Under the pieces are notes generated by a model, which saw only the letters and a list, made by a program, of their open reading frames with translations, was not told the origin of the DNA and searched no databases. Below, piece by piece: positions 39,668 to 49,647 of a stretch of DNA of 64,000 nt. Source of the stretch: Cyanobacteriota bacterium (lineage in GTDB: Bacteria > Cyanobacteriota > Cyanobacteriia > Cyanobacteriales > Nostocaceae); assembly GCA_046045965.1 (NCBI GenBank), contig JBJOKS010000001.1:160001-224000 (forward strand), in the 5' to 3' direction. Made by a program: the position numbers and the translations under genes. Numbering within the stretch: position 1 is the stretch's first letter; each line of letters starts with the position of its first letter.

Positions 39668-40237
39668 ATGATTACCACTGTTGATCGTCGTTATAGTTTA
39701 GATGAATATCGCGCTATTGAAGAAAAAGCAGAAGGACGCAACGAATATCATGATGGAGAAATTGTACCAATGCCAGGAGGATCACTAAACCATAGCCGTA
39801 TCGGTCGTAATATATTAACATATCTTACATATCTGCTGCGTGATAGTCAATTTGAGCCAATTAATAGTGATTTACGTTTATGGATACCTGAATATAGAAG
39901 GGGTTTATATCCAGATGTGATGGTTTTTGCAGGTGAACCACAACTTAATGAAAATCGCAACGATGAAGTTTTAAATCCTACCCTAATTATAGAAGTATTA
40001 TCCCCCTCTACCGCAGATTATGACCACAAAGACAAGTTTAGAATGTATCGTTCAATTAGCAGTTTTTGTGAATATTTATTAGTTGCACAAGACGAAATTT
40101 TTATAGAAAAATATAGTAAACAATCTCAAGGATGGTTATTAAGTGATTTTAATAATTTAGAAACATCTATTACTTTGGAATCAATTGGGGTTGAATTACC
40201 AATAGCAGAAATTTATCGTGGTGTTGTTTTTGATTAG
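39668..40237 (+). CDS. Uma2-family (DUF820) protein
   Basis: EYHDGEIVPMPGG, YPDVMV, IIEVLSPST, EYLLV. Confidence 0.92.
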   Translation: MITTVDRRYSLDEYRAIEEKAEGRNEYHDGEIVPMPGGSLNHSRIGRNILTYLTYLLRDSQFEPINSDLRLWIPEYRRGLYPDVMVFAGEPQLNENRNDEVLNPTLIIEVLSPSTADYDHKDKFRMYRSISSFCEYLLVAQDEIFIEKYSKQSQGWLLSDFNNLETSITLESIGVELPIAEIYRGVVFD

Positions 40238-40328
40238 ATCCCGGACTTCTCAGATCAATCCTCTAATTCATGATAAAATTATCAAAGAAGTTGGGGATAT
40301 TGGAGTTAAAAATTATGAGACAAAGATT

Positions 40329-40784
40329 ATGAAAACCACATTACCAACCTTATCAGAATCTCTCTACAATCAAGATTTTCATCTTTGGGTAGAGTCAACC
40401 ATCAAAATATTACAACAAAAAAGATTTGATCAATTAGATATCGAAAATTTAATTTCTGAAATAGAAAGCATGGGGAATAATGATAAAAAATCAGTTAAAA
40501 GTAACTTGAGAATTTTATTAATGCACCTACTAAAATGGCAATATCAACCAGAAAAAAGGACAAATAGCTGGCGTACTACAATTCAAGAACATCGTAACAG
40601 ATTAGAGGATGATTTTGCGGATAGTCCTAGTTTAAGAAATTACTATTTAGAAATATTCAATGAATGTTATCAAAAAGCGAGAGATTTAGCTGCTTCAGAA
40701 ACAGGTTTATCTATATCTGTGTTTCCTGGGGAATGTCCTTTTCATTCTGACTTAGTTCCCAAATCTGATTTTTTCCCAGAATAA
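40329..40784 (+). CDS. DUF29-family protein
   Basis: LYNQDFHLW, LDIENLISEIESMG, HLLKWQYQP, DSPSL, CPF. Confidence 0.9.
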   Translation: MKTTLPTLSESLYNQDFHLWVESTIKILQQKRFDQLDIENLISEIESMGNNDKKSVKSNLRILLMHLLKWQYQPEKRTNSWRTTIQEHRNRLEDDFADSPSLRNYYLEIFNECYQKARDLAASETGLSISVFPGECPFHSDLVPKSDFFPE

Positions 40785-40824
40785 AAAGCGGGTTTTTATC
40801 TATTTGATCACTATAACTATATAT

Positions 40825-40905
40825 GTAGGTTGGGTTGACGTGAGGAAACCCAACATTAATAAAATTTAGGGTTTGAGTTGGGTTTCGTTCCTCAACCCAA
40901 CCTAC
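40825..40905. repeat. GTAG REP doublet
   Basis: GTAGGTTGGGTTGACGTGAGGAAACCCAAC ... GTTGGGTTTCGTTCCTCAACCCAACCTAC. Confidence 0.85.
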
Positions 40906-41002
40906 ATTTACAACCCACATTCCGCGTTCATCCGCGTTCCTGTCCTGAAAATCCTTAAATCCTGGACATCCTGATTCAGACAATTTATCATGTTTCAAAA
41001 TT

Positions 41003-41488
41003 ATGCAAACTTCCCAAAACAAATTCTCCTGGTTTGACGTATCCGATGAAGTTAAAGAACTATTGATATTAGCCGCCAAAACCTGGGAAAACACAGAAGA
41101 ATCAGAAAAATATATGCAACAAGCATTAGCTAAAACAGAAGATAACACAGATGTTTTAGTAGCAGCTTACAGATATTTTTATTACAAAAATAATTATTGT
41201 TTAGCACTGACAACAGCAGAAAAAATAATTGCTAAAATTAAAGAAGTCGAGAAATTACCCGATAACTGGGAAGAACTTAAACCCATCTTAGTTCAGCGAC
41301 AACAAGAAACCAACATCAGATTGTTCTTAAATGCTTATGCTGCTTCAGGTTTAGTATTAGCTAAACTAGGAAAGTTAGAAAAAGCTAAAGAAATCAGTAC
41401 CCAAATTAAAGGTATTGATGATAAAAATGATTTTGGTGCTGGTATTCTTCTGGATATTTTAACACGTCCCCCAGAAGAAGATGATTAA
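41003..41488 (+). CDS. Conserved helical/TPR-like hypothetical protein in the nif/cox neighbourhood
   Basis: AAYRYFYY, GLVLAKLGKLEKAKEI, DFGA; co-oriented with the cupin and ArsC-like genes. Confidence 0.7.
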   Translation: MQTSQNKFSWFDVSDEVKELLILAAKTWENTEESEKYMQQALAKTEDNTDVLVAAYRYFYYKNNYCLALTTAEKIIAKIKEVEKLPDNWEELKPILVQRQQETNIRLFLNAYAASGLVLAKLGKLEKAKEISTQIKGIDDKNDFGAGILLDILTRPPEEDD

Positions 41489-41786
41489 TAACTCGTAATT
41501 CGTAATTATCAATACATTTATTAAAGAGTATATATTGGGATTTATTGAATCTTGGAAACTGTGTTAATATTGGAGAAATCACTAATCACCAATCATAGAA
41601 TCATCATGAATAATTGGTTATCTACCCGAATTGCTGATTATACTTTCTCAGTATCTACTAATAATAACATTATCCTACCAGGACTTCCTGAATCTCCTAT
41701 GGCTCCTGTAACTAAAATGCCTCAAGCAAATCCTCCCATGCTATTTTTACCTCAAACTTCACAGTTTAGATTATAGTATATAAATT

Positions 41787-42398
41787 ATGCAAGGAAAGGA
41801 TTGGTTTGTCGCTGAAAATGGAAAGATTAAACTCTGTAAATCAGCGAGAGAATGGGATTTATTGCGTGATAATTATCGCCTATATCGGTTTCTAACTGAG
41901 ATAGAAGATGTTCTCAATAATGTTGAGGATGAATCAACTTGTCTTTCAGAAATTAGAATGTTAGTGAGACGATTGATTATTAATTCCTATTGGGTACAAA
42001 GCCAATTTTTAGAACCAGATCCAAAAACAGGAAACTCGGTTTTATTGTTATACGATGAATTAGGATTTCCCTTAACTGTGCAAACAGTGACATTTGCACC
42101 AGGAACAACTTCTAATATTCATAATCATGGAACATGGGGAATAGTCGCAATATTAAAAGGTCAGGAAAAAAATACATTTTGGCGACGAAATCCCACCCCA
42201 GAATATCCTGATAAAATTGAAAAAGTGGAAGAAATTGATTTATATCCAGGAGACTTAATTAGTTTTAACCCAAAGACAATACATCAAGTTCAAGCAGTGG
42301 GAGAAGAACCAACAGTTACATTTAATATTTATGGAGAAACAGACCCCAAAACCAGATTTGAATTTGATGTAATTAACCATATTGCTAAAAAATTTTAA
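41787..42398 (+). CDS. Cupin (cysteine dioxygenase-like) protein
   Basis: IHNHGTWG, GQEKN, IHQV, FNIYG. Confidence 0.85.
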   Translation: MQGKDWFVAENGKIKLCKSAREWDLLRDNYRLYRFLTEIEDVLNNVEDESTCLSEIRMLVRRLIINSYWVQSQFLEPDPKTGNSVLLLYDELGFPLTVQTVTFAPGTTSNIHNHGTWGIVAILKGQEKNTFWRRNPTPEYPDKIEKVEEIDLYPGDLISFNPKTIHQVQAVGEEPTVTFNIYGETDPKTRFEFDVINHIAKKF

Positions 42399-42517
42399 AT
42401 GTAGTTGTAAAAAACATCAATAACAGATTATTGTGTTAAATATAATAATATCTGCGTTCATCTGCGTTGATCCGCGTTTAATTATTTTCGATCTAGAAAT
42501 TAATCGGAGAAATAACA

Positions 42518-42991
42518 ATGGCCAGAGTAATTTTCTATGAAAAACCAGGCTGTAAAAACAACACCAGACAAAAAGTATTACTCACAGCAGCAGGTCATCA
42601 AGTGATAGCATATAGCTTATTAACAGAACCGTGGACAGTGGAAAGATTAAAATCATTTTTTGGCGATCGCCCCGTCATTGAATGGTTTAACAAAGCCGCA
42701 CCTCGGATAAAATCTGGAGAGGTGAACCCTGAAAACATCGACGCTGAAACCGCATTAGTAATGATGCTCAGAGATCCCTTATTAATTCGTCGTCCTTTAT
42801 TGGAAGTAGGAGATCAACGGGAAATAGGCTTTGATACCGAGAAAATCGAGGCATGGATAGGCTTAAAACCCGTGGATGACTCTTTTAAAGAAATGAGTGA
42901 AAATCTCATGCAGCAGGACCTTCAAGGCTGCGCTCATGGCAAAAATCACGAACACCACCATCATGGTGAAGGTGGTTGTAAACATCATTAA
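42518..42991 (+). CDS. Nitrogenase-associated ArsC/Spx-family protein
   Basis: IFYEKPGCKNN, PLLIRRPL, IGFD; His/Cys-rich tail. Confidence 0.88.
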   Translation: MARVIFYEKPGCKNNTRQKVLLTAAGHQVIAYSLLTEPWTVERLKSFFGDRPVIEWFNKAAPRIKSGEVNPENIDAETALVMMLRDPLLIRRPLLEVGDQREIGFDTEKIEAWIGLKPVDDSFKEMSENLMQQDLQGCAHGKNHEHHHHGEGGCKHH

Positions 42992-42999
42992 AAAAAACA

Positions 43000-43038
43000 A
43001 GATCCCTGACTTTTTAGATTAGAGAAGTCGGGGATTTG
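43000..43038. repeat. AGATCCCCGACTTC-type palindromic dispersed repeat
   Basis: AGATCCCTGACTTTT...AGAAGTCGGGGATTT; related copies near 24080, 35056, 40236 and 46672. Confidence 0.65.
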
Positions 43039-43380
43039 AGCTTTCAGAAAAGCGATCGCAGTCCTCGATCACAACTTAATAATTTTAAGTAAGTCGGCAA
43101 GAAAAAACCGATGCAATACAATATGCAAAAGTTGTGCAATAAGCTAGAATTCTTTGTTACAAGATTTTAATATCTGCTCAAAAATTTTAAAAAACGTAGC
43201 GTTTTTAGTAGATAAACATGACAATCAGTAAATCAAGTACAAAATTGAGTGACAAAGCCATGTAACAATAAGGTTTTTATGCTGACTAATTAACGCTGAT
43301 TGCTGCCTGCTGTCAAACGTGGTAGAGTTACAGTATTAATACTGAAAAAGCCTGTTGCACAAAACCACGTGCAACACAAG

Positions 43381-46300
43381 ATGAAAATACCCAAAAGTTG
43401 CAACTCATCTACCCAACTGGATATACAGCAAATGAGAAAAAAATGGCAGCAACAACTTTATAAATTCAGCATAGCAACTGGGTTAGCAATAACAGGACTG
43501 TTCACCAATTTCCAGCAAAGTGTCTTCGCGCAACTGCAACCAGATCAAACATTAGGAGCAGAAAGCTCAGTTGTTACACCCATTGACGCAGTGAGCGATC
43601 GCATAGAAAGAGGTGCAACCAGAGGCGTGAATTTATTTCACAGCTTCACAGATTTTAATATTGATGCCAATAGAAATGTTTATTTTGCTAATCCTGTAGG
43701 AATTGAAAATATATTAACTCGTGTTACTGGTGCTAATCCCTCCCATATTTTAGGAAAACTAGGAGTAGAAGGAACAGCCAACCTATTTTTAATTAATCCC
43801 CACGGTCTGATTTTTGGAGAAAATGCCAGCTTGGATCTTCGCGGTTCATTTATTAGTAGTACAGCCAGTAGTATCCAATTTGCTGATGGGTTTGAATTTA
43901 ATGCCAATGGTAGCCCAATCACACCCCTATTAACCATCAGCGTTCCCCTGGGTTTGCAGTATGGAGTGAACCCAGGGAAAATTCGAGTACAGGGTGATGG
44001 TAGCGGTATCAGAACGACATCTGAACTGATTGATACTACAGTAGGGTTGCGAGTAGAACCAAATCAAACCTTAGCCTTAGTAGGTGGTGATATTTTCCTA
44101 GAAGGTGCAACCCTGAAAACTGCTGGAGGAAGAATAGAGTTAGGAAGCTTGGGGGATAACAGTTTTGTCAGTCTCACCCCCATCAATAAAGGGTTTTCTT
44201 TAGGATATGAAGGAACTTCTGACTTCAAAAACATCCAATTATCCCAACGAGCAGCGGTAGATGCTAGTGGTTTGGGTGCTGGTGATATTTACATCAAGGG
44301 TAAGCGTGTAACTATTACTGGTGGTTCGCAGATCGAGTCATCTACTCTGGGGGCTGTATCAGGGGGAAGTTTAGTAGTGAATGCTACTGAATTGCTAAAA
44401 CTAATTGGTCGCAACAGTGCCTTGGGCGCTGTAGTTTACCAAAATGCAATAGGAGATGGAGGAAGCTTAACAATCAACACTAATAAATTGCTTGTAGAAG
44501 ATGGGGCGCAGGTTGATACTACTACATTTGGTGCAGGGAAGGGTGGGAATTTAATTGTCAATGCCACTGATTCTATCCAACTTATTGGTATTGGTGATGG
44601 GTTTACTAGCGGCTTGTTTGCTTCATCTATAGGAGAAGGAGATGCAGGAAACTTGACGATTCACACTAGCAAATTACTCCTACAGGATGGGGCGCAGGTT
44701 TCTACTACCATATCAGGTACAGGTAAGGGTGGGAATTTAATTGTCAATGCTACTGATTCTGTGCAACTTTTTGGTATTGGTGCAGATAGGTTTCCCAGCG
44801 GCTTGTTTGCTTCATCTAGAGGAGAAGGAGATGCAGGAAACTTAATAATTAATACTAGTAATTTACTCGTACAGGATGGGGCGCAGGTTTCTACTACCAT
44901 ATCAGGTACAGGTAAGGGTGGGAATTTAATTGTCAATGCTACTGATTCTGTGCAGCTTATTGGTATTGGTAATGGGTTTACTAGCGGCTTATTTGCTTCA
45001 TCTTCAGGTGAAGGAGATGCAGGAAACTTAATAATTAATACTAGCAAATTACTCCTACAGGATGGGGCGCAGGTCTCTTCTGACACATTTGGTGCAGGAG
45101 ATGCAGGAGACTTGACGATTAATACCAATAAATTGGTTTTACAAGATGGGTCGCAGATTTCAAGTGGCACAAGAGGTGCAGGGAAGGGTGGAAACTTAAC
45201 TGTCAATGCTACTGTTTCTATACAAGTTATTGGTATTGATGCAGATGGGTTTCCCAGCGGCTTGTTTACTCCATCTGAAGGAGAAGGAGATGCAGGAGAC
45301 TTAACGATTAATACCAATAAATTGGTTTTACAAGATGGGTCGCAGATTACAAGTGGCACAAGAGGTGCAGGAGATGCAGGAGACTTGACGATTAATACTG
45401 ATCAGTTGCTCGTACAAGATGGGTCGCAGGTTTCTACTGGCACATTCAGTGCAGGGAAGGGTGGAAATTTAACTGTCAATGCCACGGATTTTGTACAAGT
45501 TATTGGTATTGGTACTGGTGAAAATGCTTTTCCCAGCGGCTTGTTTGCTTCATCTAATGGTGAAGGAGATGCAGGAGACCTGACTATTAATACTGATAAG
45601 TTACTTGTACAAGATGGAGCGGGAGTTACTACTGGCACATTCAGTGCAGGGAAAGGTGGAAATTTAATTGTCAATGCCACTGACTATGTTCAACTTATCG
45701 GCAATAGCGGCTTGTCTGCTGCATCTGGTGGGGCAATGTTCAGTAATCCCAACACAACGGGAAACGGGGGAAACTTGACCATTAACACCAGTAAATTACT
45801 CGTACAAGATGGCGCTATTGTAACTGTAAATGCTATTGGCAACGGCAATGCAGGTAATATAGAAATAAATTCTCGCTCTATTCGCTTAGAAAACAACGCC
45901 ACCATCAGTGGTAATACCACTAGCATCACTACAAACCCCAATCAACCGCAAGCAACTATTAACATTCGTTCCCAAGATTTAATCTTACGTCGTGGTAGCA
46001 ATATCACTACCAACGCCCAAGGGGATAATGTCATTGGTGGTGACATCAACATTCAAACCGATGTCTTAGCCGCACTTAACAATAGTGATATTAGTGCCAA
46101 TTCCACTGACTTTCGCGGTGGTACAATAACCATCCAAGCTCAAGGTATTTTTGGTACAGAATTCCGGGATGCAATTACTCCTGAAAGCGATATTACCGCA
46201 ACGGGGGCAAATCCTCAGTTGAGTGGTACAGTGCAAATCATTACCCCTGATGTAGACCCCACTTCTGGGTTAATAGATTTACCAACTAATGTAATTGATG

Positions 46301-46659
46301 CAGAATCATTAGTAGGAAAAGATATTTGTTCAGCAGAACAACGTGCTAAGAAGAGTTCTTTTACAATTATTGGTAGGGGTGGTTTACCTGCTGAGTCTGA
46401 TGAATTAATTAGTAATTCTCCAGGCTTAGTAGAATGGGCAACTCGTTCACAAAATCAGGAGATTTCATCCGTTGTTCAGCGTCAGCAAGAAAGAATAAAT
46501 CATCAACAAGCAAATATTACTCACCGTGTAATTCAGGAAGCACAAGGATGGATCATTACTGCTGATGGTAAAGTGATTCTCACAGCAGCAGCGCCAAATG
46601 TAACACCTCAAAATTCTGGTTTAAATCATCCTAACTGTCATGTTTCTATTGGTAATTAG
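43381..46659 (+). CDS. Filamentous haemagglutinin-family TpsA exoprotein with beta-helical repeats
   Basis: TPS domain (NLFHSF, NILTRVTG, LFLINPHG); tandem GKGGNLIVNATDS...GEGDAGNL repeats; C-terminal GRGGLP and EAQGW. Start uncertain (43300/43381/43432). Confidence 0.92.
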   Translation: MKIPKSCNSSTQLDIQQMRKKWQQQLYKFSIATGLAITGLFTNFQQSVFAQLQPDQTLGAESSVVTPIDAVSDRIERGATRGVNLFHSFTDFNIDANRNVYFANPVGIENILTRVTGANPSHILGKLGVEGTANLFLINPHGLIFGENASLDLRGSFISSTASSIQFADGFEFNANGSPITPLLTISVPLGLQYGVNPGKIRVQGDGSGIRTTSELIDTTVGLRVEPNQTLALVGGDIFLEGATLKTAGGRIELGSLGDNSFVSLTPINKGFSLGYEGTSDFKNIQLSQRAAVDASGLGAGDIYIKGKRVTITGGSQIESSTLGAVSGGSLVVNATELLKLIGRNSALGAVVYQNAIGDGGSLTINTNKLLVEDGAQVDTTTFGAGKGGNLIVNATDSIQLIGIGDGFTSGLFASSIGEGDAGNLTIHTSKLLLQDGAQVSTTISGTGKGGNLIVNATDSVQLFGIGADRFPSGLFASSRGEGDAGNLIINTSNLLVQDGAQVSTTISGTGKGGNLIVNATDSVQLIGIGNGFTSGLFASSSGEGDAGNLIINTSKLLLQDGAQVSSDTFGAGDAGDLTINTNKLVLQDGSQISSGTRGAGKGGNLTVNATVSIQVIGIDADGFPSGLFTPSEGEGDAGDLTINTNKLVLQDGSQITSGTRGAGDAGDLTINTDQLLVQDGSQVSTGTFSAGKGGNLTVNATDFVQVIGIGTGENAFPSGLFASSNGEGDAGDLTINTDKLLVQDGAGVTTGTFSAGKGGNLIVNATDYVQLIGNSGLSAASGGAMFSNPNTTGNGGNLTINTSKLLVQDGAIVTVNAIGNGNAGNIEINSRSIRLENNATISGNTTSITTNPNQPQATINIRSQDLILRRGSNITTNAQGDNVIGGDINIQTDVLAALNNSDISANSTDFRGGTITIQAQGIFGTEFRDAITPESDITATGANPQLSGTVQIITPDVDPTSGLIDLPTNVIDAESLVGKDICSAEQRAKKSSFTIIGRGGLPAESDELISNSPGLVEWATRSQNQEISSVVQRQQERINHQQANITHRVIQEAQGWIITADGKVILTAAAPNVTPQNSGLNHPNCHVSIGN

Positions 46660-46754
46660 CTTTTTATACTGAAATTCCAGACTTCTCAAAAAAGCAAGGG
46701 ATCTTGTAAATTGTTATAGAATTAGAATTGTTGTGATGTTCTCTATTATCTAAA

Positions 46755-48587
46755 GTGTCTGAATCTCTACAAGATAAATACCTAGCATTAATTGATGAAA
46801 TAGTCGAAACCACCCTCAAGGGCAAAATTAGCTCTGTAGAACAGGTATATCAAATGTTACTCAAAGCTATCGCTTCTGGTACGGGGGAAATATTTGAGTT
46901 AGCATTGAGCGATCGCCTCAATACCATCCAAACCCAGGTAGACAGCGAAAAAGACGAACTCAAAAAAGCCAAAGCCACCCGTAGTTTAAGAGCCATTAAA
47001 ACCATTCAAACACAATGGCAACGCTGGCAAGAGCAAAACAAAGCCATAGAAGCCATCGCTTTAGCAATACGCGAAATTACCATTGCCAGCAATGATGAGC
47101 GTTTGTCTGTATTACTACGCTACACCGATCCTAATCAAAAACATCCCTTAAATTTATCGCAACTACAACAATTAGCCAAATCCTTACAACAATTTGGTGC
47201 AGCTAACACAGATTTAACGCAGATATCCATAGGTATTACTCAGGGTATCGCTTCTTGGCAACGTATCCAAGAAAACCTCCTCAGTTGGATGTATGAACAA
47301 AAAAATTCTCTCGGTTTTGGTGGAGTACCCGGAGAAAGTGGACCTTGGGCAAGTTGGGCAAAATTAGTTAAAAGCGAAATACCACAATCATTTTTTCACA
47401 CCTTAGCAATAGAACAATCTGCAATTGAATTTACCCAAAAACAACAAAACATTAACCTCAGCAATTGGGTAGAATTAGCAATAGTTTTACAATTCCTACA
47501 ACGGGGATTAATTACTTGGTTTGATCAACAAGCTTATGATATTCAAGCAGGTCCTAAATTATCCATTTCCACATTTTTAACCTTTGCCGTAATTTGGAGT
47601 CAATTAGCAAACGGTTTTCAAAATCAATCAATAATATATAGTAATGGTGCTTCACAAATAATGCTCCAAATTTTGCGAACCTTTGCCCAACGTCCTTATT
47701 TTCCTCTTTACGGTGGGATTTTTGCTTCCTTTTCTGGTAGTTATTTACGGGATGCACTAGATTATTTAGATGAACCTCTGCGTTCTGCGGAAGGAACACA
47801 AGAAAAAGCCAGAATTTTAACATTATTGGGTTATTCTCAACGAGCTTTAGGAAATTATCCACGCTCAATAAATTTCCATCAACAAGCTTTAGAAATATCT
47901 AGAAATGCTAGAGATACAGCTTGTGAAATTGCTAATCTTAATCATCTTAGTCGTACTTATCTCCAGGAAAAAAATTATGCTGAAGCCATTCACCATAGTC
48001 AAAGAGCATTAATATTAAGTAGACAAACTGGAGACAAAACTGGAGAAACTAACGCGCTGGTAAATTTAGGTTATAGTGAAGTTATTCAAGCACAGCAATT
48101 AGAAATCATCGACGCAGAAGTTTATGAAGCCGCAATTAATTATTTAGAACAAGGTTTAAAGTTAGCGGAAAAATTAGGTGATATTCAAACTCAATCTTTA
48201 TGTTTTAGCAGTTTAGGTATTGCTTATTTAGTCACTGCACAACACGAAAAAGCTATTAAATATCTAGAAATCGGTTTTAAAACCGCCCAAGTTTCGGGAG
48301 ATTTATATACTCAAGGTCGAAATTTAGCCTATTTATCAGAAGCATATTACAACCTATTAAATTTTGAAAAAGCCATTTATACTGGTGCTTTAGGAATGTA
48401 TTTATTAGAGCAAATTTCATCTCAAGAGTGGAAACAACCCGCAGGTTTATTAAGCACAATAAAAAGACAACTGGGAGAAGATAAATTCCAAGTTTTACTG
48501 CAACAAAACCGCCCCAAAATTATTTCTGTTATCGGTGTAGACGGTTATGATTATATTCCTGAATTATTGGAAAAATATCAGAATTAG
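46755..48587 (+). CDS. Tetratricopeptide repeat protein
   Basis: C-terminal TPRs (LTLLGYSQRALGNYPRSINFHQQALEI and similar). Confidence 0.85.
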   Translation: MSESLQDKYLALIDEIVETTLKGKISSVEQVYQMLLKAIASGTGEIFELALSDRLNTIQTQVDSEKDELKKAKATRSLRAIKTIQTQWQRWQEQNKAIEAIALAIREITIASNDERLSVLLRYTDPNQKHPLNLSQLQQLAKSLQQFGAANTDLTQISIGITQGIASWQRIQENLLSWMYEQKNSLGFGGVPGESGPWASWAKLVKSEIPQSFFHTLAIEQSAIEFTQKQQNINLSNWVELAIVLQFLQRGLITWFDQQAYDIQAGPKLSISTFLTFAVIWSQLANGFQNQSIIYSNGASQIMLQILRTFAQRPYFPLYGGIFASFSGSYLRDALDYLDEPLRSAEGTQEKARILTLLGYSQRALGNYPRSINFHQQALEISRNARDTACEIANLNHLSRTYLQEKNYAEAIHHSQRALILSRQTGDKTGETNALVNLGYSEVIQAQQLEIIDAEVYEAAINYLEQGLKLAEKLGDIQTQSLCFSSLGIAYLVTAQHEKAIKYLEIGFKTAQVSGDLYTQGRNLAYLSEAYYNLLNFEKAIYTGALGMYLLEQISSQEWKQPAGLLSTIKRQLGEDKFQVLLQQNRPKIISVIGVDGYDYIPELLEKYQN

Positions 48588-48659
48588 TCATTAGTCATTA
48601 GTCATTGGTCATTAGGGTTCTAATTTTGACTTTTGACTTTTGACTTTTGACTTGGGTTG

Positions 48660-49547
48660 TCACCTATTCCCCATCACCTTCTTCAAAAATTGGGGAATTT
48701 GAGCAGGATATTCAGCCACTGGAACTTGTGCAGCTTGGAAAGCAGCTAATTTATTTTGAGTCGTGCCAAAATTAGGATCACGTCTAACAACAGTTGCTAA
48801 ATTTCCTGTTTGATGCCAAGATTTAGTTGTTGGTGCGTGTCTACCAGCAATATAAGCAATAACTGGTTTATCAATAGCTTCAGTTATATACCGTGCAGCA
48901 GCTTCTTCACTTTCTCCCCCTGGTTGGCCGACTAAAACGATCGCTTCCGTAGTTTCGTCCTCATCGAGAATTTGTAACCATTGAGAAAAGGATGAACCAA
49001 CAATAGCATCACTACCAATACTGACACTAATTGACTGACCCAAACCAGCTTTAGTTAATTCCCAAGCTACTTCATAAGTAAGAGTGCTACTACGACTAAC
49101 AATTCCCACATTTCCAGGAGTATAAAATTCACTAGGTTGAGTTCCTAAAAGAATTTTGCCAGGAACAATAATTCCCGGACTATTAGGACCTACTACGAGA
49201 ATTTCATGACTTTCTGTTTTGCGGAGTAATGTCACCATATCCAAAGGTGGTACACCAGCAGAAATAATAATTATCTGTCTAATATTAGCAGCGATCGCTT
49301 CTAAGGCCGCATCCAAAACTTGGTAAGGATGTACACAAATAATCGTCGTATCAATTTGCCCAAATTTTGATATTGCTTCCTCTACTAAGTCAAACACTGG
49401 TAGATCGTAGATTTGCTTTCCACCAGATCCAGGATCAACACCAGCTAACAAATTAGTACCATAAGCTTTCATTTGAGCAATATGAGTTGCTGATATAAAT
49501 TCACAGAACCCTTGAATTAAAACTTTACTGTCTGGTTTTAAGTTCAT
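48660..49547 (-). CDS. sucD: Succinate-CoA ligase alpha subunit (divergent)
   Basis: KVLIQG, YGTN, VGPNSPGII, VSRSSTLTYE, GLGQS, KPVIAYIAG. Confidence 0.88.
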   Translation of the reverse strand: MNLKPDSKVLIQGFCEFISATHIAQMKAYGTNLLAGVDPGSGGKQIYDLPVFDLVEEAISKFGQIDTTIICVHPYQVLDAALEAIAANIRQIIIISAGVPPLDMVTLLRKTESHEILVVGPNSPGIIVPGKILLGTQPSEFYTPGNVGIVSRSSTLTYEVAWELTKAGLGQSISVSIGSDAIVGSSFSQWLQILDEDETTEAIVLVGQPGGESEEAAARYITEAIDKPVIAYIAGRHAPTTKSWHQTGNLATVVRRDPNFGTTQNKLAAFQAAQVPVAEYPAQIPQFLKKVMGNR

Positions 49548-49647
49548 AAAATTTAGTTATTGGTCATTAGTCATTGGTCATTAGTTATTAGTTATTAGTT
49601 ATTAGTTATTAGTCATGTAACTGATAACTGATAACTGATAACTGTTA

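Noticed and set aside
40711..41148. 145-aa minus-strand ORF
   Set aside because: Runs through REP/AATCCTG repeats and antisense to two better-supported genes.
41552..41776. 74-aa ORF between the TPR-like and cupin genes
   Set aside because: TTG start, low complexity and no recognisable motif; it may be real but I cannot support it.
44661..45941. Antisense ORFs within the haemagglutinin gene
   Set aside because: Shadow frames of a repetitive coding strand; the same applies to the other short antisense/overlapping ORFs in the track (e.g. 10455-10901, 24133-24501, 62861-63223).
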